Sequence record: SRR31156797_2307
Reading direction: 5' to 3' (one strand)
Length of the DNA: 20,000 bases
Shown: positions 1 through 10,000 of the stretch, piece after piece
Layout of the letters: the number at the start of each line of letters is the position of its first letter
Position numbering within the stretch: position 1 is the stretch's first letter
Translations under genes and position numbers: made by a program
The notes under the pieces: generated by a model
The model's input: the letters and a program-made list of their open reading frames with translations, nothing else
Database searches by the model: none
Told to the model about the DNA's origin: nothing

Positions 1-1
1 A

Positions 2-190
2 AGTACAGGAGGTCAATGGATTTTTGTAATAGATAAAACAGAAGAATATGCCTATAAAAAAGAGATAAAATTAGGCAGGCAAAACCCATCTTGCTATGAA
101 GTCATAGAAGGATTAGAATCAGGAGATAAAGTTATCGTGTCCGGTTATGAGAATTATGGTGATGTTGAAAAACTAGTGTTAAAGAAATGA
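2..190 (+). CDS. 3' end of an efflux periplasmic adaptor (HlyD/MacA-type membrane fusion protein), partial
   Basis: Manual frame +2 translation STGGQWIFVIDKTEEYAYKKEIKLGRQNPSCYEVIEGLESGDKVIVSGYENYGDVEKLVLKK* matches the typical C-terminus of Bacteroidota adaptor subunits (LGRQNP..YEV.EGL..GD.VI). Its stop overlaps the next start (ATGA, 187-190). Confidence 0.85.
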   Translation, partial: STGGQWIFVIDKTEEYAYKKEIKLGRQNPSCYEVIEGLESGDKVIVSGYENYGDVEKLVLKK

Positions 191-1671
191 TAAATATGAA
201 GGTAGTAGTAGGTTTATTGTTTCTAATATATTGCTCAATAAATAGCTCTTTTTCTCAAGAAGTTAGGACGATTACTCTTGAAGAGGCGATTAATCTAGCA
301 CAGGACAAATCGTTAGATGCATTTATCTCGAAGCATATGTATTTGAAAAGTTATTGTGAGTTTAAAGCATATCAAGCCTCCAGAAAGCCTTGGTTAAGTC
401 TATATGCAGATCCTGTTATTTATAATAATTCGATTTCAAAAGTTACAGAAACTAGCGGAACTTCTCTTGTAAGATCTGAAAGTTTTGAAACTAATGGTAA
501 TATATCATTATCACAAACAATTGCCCCAACAGGTGGAAATGTTTTCATTAATTCAAGCTTTGATAGATTACTAGATTATGAATATGATAATACGTATTAT
601 AGTTCAGTTCCTGTTTCTATTGGTTTTTCCCAACCTCTATTTCAGTTTAACAAATACAAGTGGGAAAGAAAGTTGGAACCATTAAAATTTGAGAAAGCTA
701 AGTTGGAATATATTTCATCATCCGAGGAGTTAGCCATAAAAACAATTGGGTATTACTTTAATCTAATTGATGCAAAACTATCATACAATATTGCGTTAGG
801 TAATAGTGGTGCTGCTGATTCCTTATATTACAAGAGTAAAGGAAGATTTGAAAGAGGAGCAATATCTTTTAATGATCTTCAGCGTTTGGAATTAAATAAA
901 ATAAATGCAAAAATTGTTTGTGACAAGTCTAAATTATACTTACAACAAGTAGATTTCCAATTCAAAACTTTTTTGCGACTTCCGACAGATATCAATTTAG
1001 AATTGATATTACCATTAGATATTCCAAAGATTAAAATTAATCCCCAAGAAGCACTGGAAAAGTCTTTGATAAATAACCCTATTGTAATTGGATTTAAACA
1101 ATCTATGATTCAAGCTGATCGAGAAATAGCAAAAGTTAAAGGAGATTATGGTATAACATCAACAATAACAAGTAAATTCGGATTTAGTCAATCTGGAAAT
1201 TCAGTACATGAAGCATATAATGATTTGGACAAAGACAGAAGGGTGTCATTAGGATTGTATATCCCAATAATAAATTGGGGGATGAGAGATAAGCAGTTAG
1301 AATTGCGGAAATCAAATAAAGAAATAGTTACTGCGCAAATAGAAATGGACAGGATTAGTTTTGAACAAAATGTGATAATGAGTACACTAGAGTTTAATAT
1401 GAAGGAATCTATTTTGGAAAGTGCTCAGAAAGCAAATATTATTTCCGAAAAGACATATACAACAACCGAAGAAAGTTTTTTATTAGGTAAATCAAATCTC
1501 GAGACACTCTATGCTGCAAGGAATGAGAGGGATAATGCTTTAAGAGCATATTATAATTCAATCAGAGAATCTTGGAATAGTTATTATTTAATAAGGTATA
1601 TTACTTTATATGATTTTTGGGGGATGAAAAGTCTTTCAAAAGAATTTGATGACAAATTAGATATTAAATAA
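187..1671 (+). CDS. TolC-family outer membrane efflux channel
   Basis: Signal peptide, ITLEEAINLA start motif, FSQPLFQFN and LYIPIINWG strand ends, long helical segments, two-repeat architecture; coupled to the adaptor gene. Confidence 0.9.
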   Translation: MINMKVVVGLLFLIYCSINSSFSQEVRTITLEEAINLAQDKSLDAFISKHMYLKSYCEFKAYQASRKPWLSLYADPVIYNNSISKVTETSGTSLVRSESFETNGNISLSQTIAPTGGNVFINSSFDRLLDYEYDNTYYSSVPVSIGFSQPLFQFNKYKWERKLEPLKFEKAKLEYISSSEELAIKTIGYYFNLIDAKLSYNIALGNSGAADSLYYKSKGRFERGAISFNDLQRLELNKINAKIVCDKSKLYLQQVDFQFKTFLRLPTDINLELILPLDIPKIKINPQEALEKSLINNPIVIGFKQSMIQADREIAKVKGDYGITSTITSKFGFSQSGNSVHEAYNDLDKDRRVSLGLYIPIINWGMRDKQLELRKSNKEIVTAQIEMDRISFEQNVIMSTLEFNMKESILESAQKANIISEKTYTTTEESFLLGKSNLETLYAARNERDNALRAYYNSIRESWNSYYLIRYITLYDFWGMKSLSKEFDDKLDIK

Positions 1672-1819
1672 ATTATTAGAGATCCCATATCTCATGACCT
1701 GTGTATCTATAATCCATAGATATGTAATAATCTGATCGAAACTAATAATTTCATCTTTAATTAAATACAATACAGTTGAAATAATATTTATTTCAAAATG
1801 TAAATAATAAAATATCAGA

Positions 1820-2443
1820 ATGATAAAGACAATTAGTAAAGCAATTGAGATAATATTGATTGCAGTTTTATTAATACCTCTATTTAATTGCGACCAGCTT
1901 GATCTACAAAAATGCATTTTCTTATCGATTATAGGTTTTTTTTGTGCTGTAATACTTGTTACCAAAAGCTATTCTGTTAGTAGGTCACAATGGATGAATA
2001 TTGTTATTAGTATTTTTTTTATTTTTTCTTTCGAATTGACAGAAAAGAGTAACTATATAATTGTTTGTGGATATAGCGGAGATATAAAGAGTAGTTTGCC
2101 ACTTTCAACTATTTTATTGTTGTTTGCTCTATTACTTTTTATCATGAAGGTATGGTTACGTAAGGAAATGAAATACATAAAACATATCATTTCAGACACC
2201 TATTTAATAGTTGGTTTGTTATTGATCTCTCTACAACTATTAATTTTATTCATTCTGAACTTTTATTATCCAATTGGTTATAATAAGCTAATTTTATTAT
2301 TAAGTCGTTTGGTTATATACGCAATAATATTCTTGCTGATTTCTGATTTATTGAAAGATGATATCAAAATTAAAAGATTTAATATTTTGCTTTTACTAAG
2401 CTCGTTGTTAACAATTATAATTTTTATATCACAAAGTTTTTAG
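1820..2443 (+). CDS. Hypothetical polytopic membrane protein (about 6-7 TM segments)
   Basis: 207-aa ORF, almost wholly hydrophobic; ends 1 nt before the ligase-like gene. No family recognised. Confidence 0.65.
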   Translation: MIKTISKAIEIILIAVLLIPLFNCDQLDLQKCIFLSIIGFFCAVILVTKSYSVSRSQWMNIVISIFFIFSFELTEKSNYIIVCGYSGDIKSSLPLSTILLLFALLLFIMKVWLRKEMKYIKHIISDTYLIVGLLLISLQLLILFILNFYYPIGYNKLILLLSRLVIYAIIFLLISDLLKDDIKIKRFNILLLLSSLLTIIIFISQSF

Positions 2444-2444
2444 C

Positions 2445-3839
2445 ATGAAGCGTTTAATCCAAGGAATAGTCGATTATGGTTTAATCATTTCTTTAATAAT
2501 TTTTCCAGTTTCAATAAATATTGCTTTGGTCTCTCCTAGGGATCCTATTCATCCATTACTGGCTTTAAACTTGTCAATAGCTGATTTATTAATAGGATTG
2601 CTTTTATTTTTGTGGGGATTAAAAATTGTAATATTTAAGGAATTGCGTGAAATAATTTTTCCTCCTAAACCTGTTTTAGTGTTGGTTCTTATAGTAATTC
2701 TATCATTTGTAAATGCCAGTTCATTGGTTAATTGGGGCAAAGACACGATACAATTTATAGAATATCTCATATTTTATTATATCCTATTGCTTAATAATTT
2801 AAATACTCTTAATACAAAAGCATATTTAATCTTAATATATGCTCTGAGTTCTGTAGTTTTGATTATAGGATTTATACAATGGTTGGATTTTTCAGTAGAT
2901 CCATATTTAATAAGAGGTGTATTTGAGAACCGGAATATTTTAGGAATGTATTTATGCATGATTACACCTATCTTATTTACGGGTTTTTTATCTCAAAAAA
3001 AATTAGTCAGTAAATTGGCAATTGTAATTCTACTTATCCTAATAACAATAGTAATTACTTCGGGAAGTGCAATATTCTCAATTCTAATAAGTCTTATAAT
3101 TATTTCAAAAATTTATAGTAATAAATTATTATTAAGATTATCAGGGATTTTTTTAGTAATTACTATTTGCTATCCAATTGTAATGCCACGTAATAATGTA
3201 GAATCAATAGAAGATTTTCTAACAATATTTGAGAAAGGTAGTGTAAGTGATAATTATTATAGGAGGCTTTCTTTATTAAATGGTAAAGTTAGTAATGTTC
3301 TTTTACAAAAGAAGGTAGGAGAAAATAATTTACGAGTGTCTATTACTGATATGTTTAGCACTAAATCAAGTGAAATTCCAAAAGGAAATGCATATGAAGA
3401 ATTTGAAAATACTTTACAAGTAAAGAATCGGTATTTAGAAATGCAAGCTGCACTAAATGTTATTTCTGATAATACTCTTTTAGGTTATGGAATGGGGAAT
3501 TATAATACCCACTTAGGAGATGGGTTTAGAATATTTCCTAAAATAAACACAGGAGAACCTAATCAACATAATACATATCTTTTAGTAACCTTATCAACAG
3601 GTATTCTTGGATTAACTGTTCTAGTTTGGTTATTAGTATTTTATATTAGAAGAACATACTATTTATATAAAGCCAATCAAAACGATAAGAGATTGTTTTA
3701 CTTAGGGCTTATGGCCAGTATTATCGCCTGCTCAATTGAGGCTTTTTTTTCAAATTTATTTGTTGCAGGGCTTTTTGTGCCATTGATTTTTATTCTGTTT
3801 TTGTCGTCAAAAGATCAAATTAAATATGAGAATAACTAG
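2445..3839 (+). CDS. O-antigen ligase / O-oligosaccharyltransferase-like protein (Wzy_C family)
   Basis: Many TM segments, RGVFENRN motif, large periplasmic loop, R...QAALNVISDNTLLGYGMGNY and HNTYL...GILGL motifs. Confidence 0.85.
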   Translation: MKRLIQGIVDYGLIISLIIFPVSINIALVSPRDPIHPLLALNLSIADLLIGLLLFLWGLKIVIFKELREIIFPPKPVLVLVLIVILSFVNASSLVNWGKDTIQFIEYLIFYYILLLNNLNTLNTKAYLILIYALSSVVLIIGFIQWLDFSVDPYLIRGVFENRNILGMYLCMITPILFTGFLSQKKLVSKLAIVILLILITIVITSGSAIFSILISLIIISKIYSNKLLLRLSGIFLVITICYPIVMPRNNVESIEDFLTIFEKGSVSDNYYRRLSLLNGKVSNVLLQKKVGENNLRVSITDMFSTKSSEIPKGNAYEEFENTLQVKNRYLEMQAALNVISDNTLLGYGMGNYNTHLGDGFRIFPKINTGEPNQHNTYLLVTLSTGILGLTVLVWLLVFYIRRTYYLYKANQNDKRLFYLGLMASIIACSIEAFFSNLFVAGLFVPLIFILFLSSKDQIKYENN

Positions 3840-5994
3840 TTTACAATCAAAATTATTACTTGTATTAACTACGATTCTAGCTTCAGCTATAATTATTTCA
3901 ACTTCTATTATAACAATGGGATTGAAAGAATATATTTGGATGGAGGCAGAAGATGCAGTAGAAATAGATCCAAAACTTGAGATAAAAAGAAGCGTTGACG
4001 CTTCTGGTGAAAAATTTATTGAGAGTCAAATTCCAAGTCACTATATTGAAGCCTTTGCATCATATAAATTTAATACATTACACTCTGGAAATTATAAGAC
4101 CTGGATAAGAGCATATTGGCCTGGAGGGTGTAGTAATGCTTATCAAATAAAATGTGATGATTCTGGAAGACAAATTATTGGTAATGATAATATGATATTT
4201 TTGTGGCATTGGGTACCAGGTCCAACATACTCTTTTAATTCTGGAGATCATGAATTAGTAATATGGAATGATGAATATAATGCTAAAATTGATAAAATTT
4301 TAGTTACATCGGATTTATATTATACTCCAACAGGACTAGGTGATATTTATGATAATTTTAATATTGATTTTGAAAATGGTATTCCAAATATTATTCAAAC
4401 TCTAACTCCTTCAATATGGCATTTGGATTCAATAAATCGAAATAAGACCCTATATCTTCAAAGAATAGAGGGTGGAAATACAGAAGTATCAATTTTTGAT
4501 TTATGTGCTGTAAAAAAAGGGGCTTTTTCATTTATAGTGGAAAAGGATTCTATTGATATCAATACAGAAGTATCTTTGTTTTATAATTATATAAATAAAG
4601 AAAACTATAATCGGTTAAGCATAGGAGATAGTGATATAAGATTTATAGAAAATGTAAATAATAAAGAAAGAGTATTACAAATTGTACACTGTGAAGACAA
4701 TTTGTCAAAAAGCAATATGAATAAATATATGACAGTATTTGAAGATTCAGTTATATATCTAAAGAAAAATGGAAGGAACATTGCTAAGAGAGATTTTATT
4801 CCTTTAAATAATGGAAAGTTAGGATTAGGATCTACAACAGGAGGAATACATGTAGACGCTTTGTTATTTGAAAATGATTTGTCGGCTCAATTAAGGGAGA
4901 ATTTCTTTTGGGTTTGGACAAACGATTTGATGCAAGGTAGAAATACTTTATTTAAATGGTATGTCGAAAAAGGGCATTGGGAGTCACATATTGGCTCAAA
5001 GATTAAGTCTTTAGAAGGAAATACAACTAAAGGCAAAGAAGCGTTAATTACGACAGGAAAGGAATACTGGAAGAATTACAATTTTACATCTGCAGTAAAT
5101 ACATCAGGAGAGGCAGGAATCTGTTTTAATTTACAAGATAAGAATAACTATTACTTGTGTAAATTAGTAACTAATAAAAACAATAATGGAGAATTACAAT
5201 TATTAAAAGTTATAGACAACATTTCAACTGTTTTAGGATGTGAGGCTGTAAATATATGCAAGGATGAATGGAATAAGCTTACTGTTCAAACAAATAAAAA
5301 TGAAATTGAAGCTATCCTAAATGATAGGTCAATTCTTACTTGTAAGGATGAAAAGTTTCAAGATGGTAGAATCGGTTTTTGGTGTTTAGGCAATGATACC
5401 ATTAGCTTATTTGATGATATTAAAATAAGCCCAATCCAGAAGAGTTTTAATGAAAAAAGTGATTATAAGTTTGATCGAACCTATGAATTTGAGGAGAGAA
5501 CAAAAATAGCCATAGATTTTTGCGATTGGAAAAATTCAAGCAAGATCTTTATTAAAAAAGAATCACCTAAAATATATAAACACCTATTAAAAGATGTTCA
5601 ACTTATAAATAGGAAAACTTTTAATGGGGATTTTATTCTTTCATATAAACAGGTAAATCAATTGCCTGATGATATTGATTCTAATATATTACTAGAGATA
5701 GATAAAGGAGAGAAAGTGGACATATATAAAGTCGTTATAAGTAATGAGAAAATACTATTAATACGAAATACTGAAATAATAGAATCCGTTGAAATAAACT
5801 TAAAACGTAAAAGTTATAAAGTCCAATGTATTGAGGGTAAATTAAATTTATTCATTGATAATATATGCTATCTGAATTTTCCATTGGAATTGGGAGAGTA
5901 CTTTTATAAACTAGGATTTGGATTTGAAGGAATTGGGAAAGGGTATTTTGCGCCATATGAAGTAAAAGTAAAAGCAAAGAATTACAAAAATTAG
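3826..5994 (+). CDS. Membrane-anchored multidomain beta-sandwich protein (CBM6/35-like domain plus LamG/DUF1080-like domains)
   Basis: N-terminal TM helix; WMEAEDA...KIDKILVT jelly-roll; later WKNYNF...AGICF...NYY...WNKLTV...GRIGFW...FDDIKI pattern of concanavalin-like domains. Overlaps the previous gene by 14 nt. Confidence 0.6.
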   Translation: MRITSLQSKLLLVLTTILASAIIISTSIITMGLKEYIWMEAEDAVEIDPKLEIKRSVDASGEKFIESQIPSHYIEAFASYKFNTLHSGNYKTWIRAYWPGGCSNAYQIKCDDSGRQIIGNDNMIFLWHWVPGPTYSFNSGDHELVIWNDEYNAKIDKILVTSDLYYTPTGLGDIYDNFNIDFENGIPNIIQTLTPSIWHLDSINRNKTLYLQRIEGGNTEVSIFDLCAVKKGAFSFIVEKDSIDINTEVSLFYNYINKENYNRLSIGDSDIRFIENVNNKERVLQIVHCEDNLSKSNMNKYMTVFEDSVIYLKKNGRNIAKRDFIPLNNGKLGLGSTTGGIHVDALLFENDLSAQLRENFFWVWTNDLMQGRNTLFKWYVEKGHWESHIGSKIKSLEGNTTKGKEALITTGKEYWKNYNFTSAVNTSGEAGICFNLQDKNNYYLCKLVTNKNNNGELQLLKVIDNISTVLGCEAVNICKDEWNKLTVQTNKNEIEAILNDRSILTCKDEKFQDGRIGFWCLGNDTISLFDDIKISPIQKSFNEKSDYKFDRTYEFEERTKIAIDFCDWKNSSKIFIKKESPKIYKHLLKDVQLINRKTFNGDFILSYKQVNQLPDDIDSNILLEIDKGEKVDIYKVVISNEKILLIRNTEIIESVEINLKRKSYKVQCIEGKLNLFIDNICYLNFPLELGEYFYKLGFGFEGIGKGYFAPYEVKVKAKNYKN

Positions 5995-6038
5995 TTAAAC
6001 CTTGATTTTTAATTAGAAATATAGATTAAGATAATAAT

Positions 6039-7970
6039 ATGCTATTAAGGAAATTATATATATTTTTTTTTGTTGCTTTTTCATTATGGTCTTGTGTTGA
6101 GAAAAGAAAAGCAAATGATAAAGAATTTATTAAAATTGGTAATTATACAGTAACTAAAAGTCAATTTCTTCAAAAATGGAATGAATCTGACCGAATTAAC
6201 AGCAAGCAGATTCTTTTTGATAATTATATTAGTACTGGTATCTTAATAAATAATTTGTATCGAATATATGAAAATGAAGATGAATTTAATATGATTATCA
6301 ATCATAGCGAATTAGAAAGTCAGATTAAGGTTATAAAGAAACGATTATTAGATGACGAGAACCTAAAAATTAATGATATAAAAACTACCTACTCTACATC
6401 AAAAAATAAGATACTTCGTATCGATTATATCATGATTCCATCAGATAAACAAGATTTATACAATGATATACTAAATCTTAGTAATGCAGGGAGTACAATT
6501 TGGCAAATTGTAAATATGTCATCAGCTGACAAGTGGAAGAATGAAGGTGCAGTTTTCGTAACTCCAGCGATTGTTTATCCAGGATATTTTTTACCAAATA
6601 TCGCGGAAAAAGTATACAATATGAAAAGAGGAGACAAACTAGTTCTTGAAACAAAATCACATAATTATATAATAGAAAATCTTCAGATTTACAAGTCGAA
6701 TAACTTACACGAATTATTTATTGAAAAGAAAGTACGAAATAATTTAAATATAGCTAATGCCATTAAAACAGGTAAACTACTTTACCCAGATAGTTATATT
6801 TTAAAAAATATTAAGATTGACGACAGAATATTATCATCTTTGGATTTTTCTTTAAGTCCTCTTAAAGAAAGTTCTTCAAATCAAGATCTCATTGCAATTG
6901 TAGGTAGGGATTCAATATCTAAAGAGGACTTTTTAGATAAGGTTTTATCATTGCCATTTGATATTCAATTACTATTTAGCAATAAAACAAGCTGTAAAAA
7001 AGCTTCAATTGCTCTTTTAAAGAATATGTTTGAAAATAGGGTTGCTCAAGTCTCAACAAATGTTAGTTTAAAAGATGAAGTCTTGGAGCAAGTAAAGCTT
7101 AAACTCAACAAATCAGAGAATAAAGATACAATTGCCATAATAGATGAGTGGGTAAATAGTCATTGGTTAAAGCCTCCTCCAGAATATGAAACAAAAAATG
7201 TTGTTATAAACTTTAATAAGATAGATACATTACTAATTCCCATAAGTAAAAATTATTTAAAACAAACACTAGCAAGAAGTAAGAATTGGGAATTAACAAT
7301 GGCTCAATTTCAAAAGATTTTTGATGGTTTATCAGAAATATCTAAACAAGAAGTTCTGTTAAATAATAATTCTCAAAAATTGATTAATTATCTAATTCCA
7401 TCAGACATTGATCGTCGAGATATTGTTTTTAACAATAAACTATTGAAACAATTCGTTAAAATTAATTCAGATATCTTAGGTTCAAGAAATGGTTTTTTTA
7501 GTGAATCAGACACGATTGCAGAGTTTGGTGGTGTAATTTTCACGGTAGGTGATTTAAGGTGGAAAATTTACAATTTGCCTGAAGATTTAAGGACTGATTT
7601 TTATGATGAAAAGAAAAAAAGTAGTGCTTTAAGAAAATTGGTATTAAATGAATACTGGTTAAATATAGGAAAATCACAAGGTTTTTATGATAATCCAGAA
7701 TTTCTTACTCAGGTTAACTGTGAAATGAAAAATATTTTAGTAAAGGTATTGTATGAACATTTTATAAGGCTTGATCAAATTAATGTAAGTGATGAAGCTA
7801 TCAATTTATATTTACGGAGATCTATTGACGTAACAAATCAGCAACATTTAAAAGATTTTTTACTTAATGATACTTCTTCAATAAGTATAGATAAGGAGGT
7901 TGTGGATAATCTGGGAATTAATTATGCTAAGTCAGTATTTCTAAATAAGATTAAACTATATGAAAATTAA
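6039..7970 (+). CDS. Lipoprotein, SurA/PrsA-like foldase with degenerate parvulin domain
   Basis: Lipobox (FSLWS-C19); repeated SurA/PrsA N-domain-like starts (IKIGNYTVTKSQF, IAIVGRDSISKEDF, IAEFGGVIFTVGDL); GFYDNPEF motif; parvulin-like segment FLPNIAEKVYNMKRGD..LETKSHNYII. Confidence 0.6.
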   Translation: MLLRKLYIFFFVAFSLWSCVEKRKANDKEFIKIGNYTVTKSQFLQKWNESDRINSKQILFDNYISTGILINNLYRIYENEDEFNMIINHSELESQIKVIKKRLLDDENLKINDIKTTYSTSKNKILRIDYIMIPSDKQDLYNDILNLSNAGSTIWQIVNMSSADKWKNEGAVFVTPAIVYPGYFLPNIAEKVYNMKRGDKLVLETKSHNYIIENLQIYKSNNLHELFIEKKVRNNLNIANAIKTGKLLYPDSYILKNIKIDDRILSSLDFSLSPLKESSSNQDLIAIVGRDSISKEDFLDKVLSLPFDIQLLFSNKTSCKKASIALLKNMFENRVAQVSTNVSLKDEVLEQVKLKLNKSENKDTIAIIDEWVNSHWLKPPPEYETKNVVINFNKIDTLLIPISKNYLKQTLARSKNWELTMAQFQKIFDGLSEISKQEVLLNNNSQKLINYLIPSDIDRRDIVFNNKLLKQFVKINSDILGSRNGFFSESDTIAEFGGVIFTVGDLRWKIYNLPEDLRTDFYDEKKKSSALRKLVLNEYWLNIGKSQGFYDNPEFLTQVNCEMKNILVKVLYEHFIRLDQINVSDEAINLYLRRSIDVTNQQHLKDFLLNDTSSISIDKEVVDNLGINYAKSVFLNKIKLYEN

Positions 7971-8787
7971 GAATATGAAGATAGGAATTTTCTGCTTATT
8001 TTATTTATTAGCTTTCAATTATACATATGGCCAGTTTCATGCAGTACATATACCTGATGATCTTTTATCTTCAGTGATTATTGATGGAGATACTACGGAT
8101 TGGAATTGGGTTCCAGAGAAGTATTTTATTTATGGAGAAGATTTAATTAATGTTGCTCCAGAATCTCAGAATCCAAATATTATGAATTGTAAGGTTATTA
8201 TCGGATGGAATGACGTTTCTAATAAGTTATATATATTGGCTCATATATTTGATGATATAAATATCACCAAATCGCCCGTTTTTTGGCAAAACGATATTAT
8301 ACAATTTGCATTATGTCCATTAAATATGGAAGGATATTATGGAAATGGTTCGAATACATTTAATAATGTAATATCTGGGCGTTTTGTAGATATCGTTTCA
8401 GAGAATAGAAAAGGTCTTCAAATTGGTCATGGTCCCAAATGGTTAATAAATGAAAATGGTCATATAAATTGGCGTTATAAAAAAATAGTACATCAGGAGA
8501 GTCCATATTTTGAATATATATATGAGATATCTATGTCACTTTGGGATAAGTGGGATGAATTTTCTGCACAAGAAAGTAATAGATGCAATTTAGTTCCCAA
8601 TAAGGCCTTTTGGCTTAACTTAATAATTAATGATGCAGATACTATCAATATGAGAAAAGCGGAGTGGACTTTCTCAGATGATTTTAATTGGTGGAATAGA
8701 GTAATTGATTACCCAAGGTGTATATTGGATCCGGCTATTTGTAATAGTATATCATGGGATGGTGTTGAGTATATTATAGAGGATTAG
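7960..8787 (+). CDS. Secreted CBM9/DOMON-like sugar-binding protein
   Basis: Signal peptide, IIDGDTTDW motif, GWNDVSNKLYILAHIFDD, YIYEISM, LNLIINDAD, typical of CBM9-like domains. Confidence 0.7.
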   Translation: MKIKNMKIGIFCLFYLLAFNYTYGQFHAVHIPDDLLSSVIIDGDTTDWNWVPEKYFIYGEDLINVAPESQNPNIMNCKVIIGWNDVSNKLYILAHIFDDINITKSPVFWQNDIIQFALCPLNMEGYYGNGSNTFNNVISGRFVDIVSENRKGLQIGHGPKWLINENGHINWRYKKIVHQESPYFEYIYEISMSLWDKWDEFSAQESNRCNLVPNKAFWLNLIINDADTINMRKAEWTFSDDFNWWNRVIDYPRCILDPAICNSISWDGVEYIIED

Positions 8788-8839
8788 TAAATCTTATCAA
8801 TTTAAAAGCTGTTTTACCTAACAAATTGATAAGTAAACC

Positions 8840-9964
8840 TTGAGAAAGAATATCTTAATTATTTCAAATTCTATTAGGTATAGTGGGGCAGAAAAGAGTT
8901 TATTGGATTTATTGTTAAGTACACATATGTGTCAGTATAACTTCTTTGTTATAATCCCGAATAAGGCAACCTATATAAGCTTATTTCCAAGTTCATGCAT
9001 TATTCTCAAACTTCCATTATTATTTTTTCAAAGATCATATAATCCGGTTCTTTGGTTTATTTATTTGATAAATATACCTTATGTAATCATACGAATGCTA
9101 TTTATTATAAAACGCTATAAAATTGATATTATATATTCAAATACAATAAAGGCGGCTATTTATGGTACATTATCTGCTTTATTCTCAAAAAGAAAGAGTA
9201 TATGGCATGTTAGGGATAATAATAATAGTATAGTAGAACAGGCTTTAGCTTCTTTGAATCATAAATTGATTTGTATCTCTCATTATATTTATAGACAGCT
9301 ACGTGTAGAGAAGGCAAAAAAAACATTAATTTATGGCGGGATTGATACAGAGACCTGGAATTGTAATCTATTTAAGGATCATTTGACTAGCGGTACTGAA
9401 AACAGTAAGGTAAATGGAAAATTAGTTGTAAATATCAGTCAAATTACTCCATGGAAAAATCAGATAGATTTTATTCGAGCTGCAAGGAAAATAAAAGATG
9501 AATACTCAGATGTGCATTTTCTAATTATAGGGGACGTATTAAATAGTAAAGATTTGGATTATAAAATCCAAATTCAAAAGGAGATATTGAAATTTGATTT
9601 GCAAAATGATGTTAAAATGATTGGTTTTAGAGCGGATATCATGGCAATCGTTTCTAAAGCGGATATAGTTATCCATCCTGCATTAGGAGAGCCTTTAGGT
9701 AGAGTTGTATTAGAGGCTATGTCAATGAAAAAGCCTGTGGTAGCATACGATTGTGGAGGGCCAAAAGAAATAATTATTAATGGAAAGACAGGTTATCTTG
9801 TTGAAGAAAGAAATTCTAATCAATTAGCACAAATGGCTATTAAACTTTTAAACGATTCCAACTTAGCAGATGAGATGGGGAAGTGGGGAAGACAAAGAAT
9901 TGTAGAACTATTTGATATAAAAAACAATATTAATTCCATAATGACAACTCTGGATAACTTGTAG
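8840..9964 (+). CDS. Glycosyltransferase family 4
   Basis: SGAEKSL N-terminal motif, WHVRD, ITPWKNQ, EPLGRVVLEAM (EX7E); TTG start. Confidence 0.92.
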   Translation: MRKNILIISNSIRYSGAEKSLLDLLLSTHMCQYNFFVIIPNKATYISLFPSSCIILKLPLLFFQRSYNPVLWFIYLINIPYVIIRMLFIIKRYKIDIIYSNTIKAAIYGTLSALFSKRKSIWHVRDNNNSIVEQALASLNHKLICISHYIYRQLRVEKAKKTLIYGGIDTETWNCNLFKDHLTSGTENSKVNGKLVVNISQITPWKNQIDFIRAARKIKDEYSDVHFLIIGDVLNSKDLDYKIQIQKEILKFDLQNDVKMIGFRADIMAIVSKADIVIHPALGEPLGRVVLEAMSMKKPVVAYDCGGPKEIIINGKTGYLVEERNSNQLAQMAIKLLNDSNLADEMGKWGRQRIVELFDIKNNINSIMTTLDNL

Positions 9965-10000
9965 TATCAATCTTAAAGTAATTATTTTTCTTATTTGTAA

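Noticed and set aside
1704-1722. Hairpin TATCTAT-N5-ATAGATA after tolC
   Set aside because: Only 7 bp, AT-rich and without a T tract; not supportable as a terminator.
1657-2959. Minus-strand ORFs 1657-1965, 2549-2770 and 2777-2959
   Set aside because: Antisense shadows of hydrophobic + strand genes; no motifs.
6478-6660. 60-aa minus-strand ORF
   Set aside because: Lies wholly within the lipoprotein gene; no independent support.
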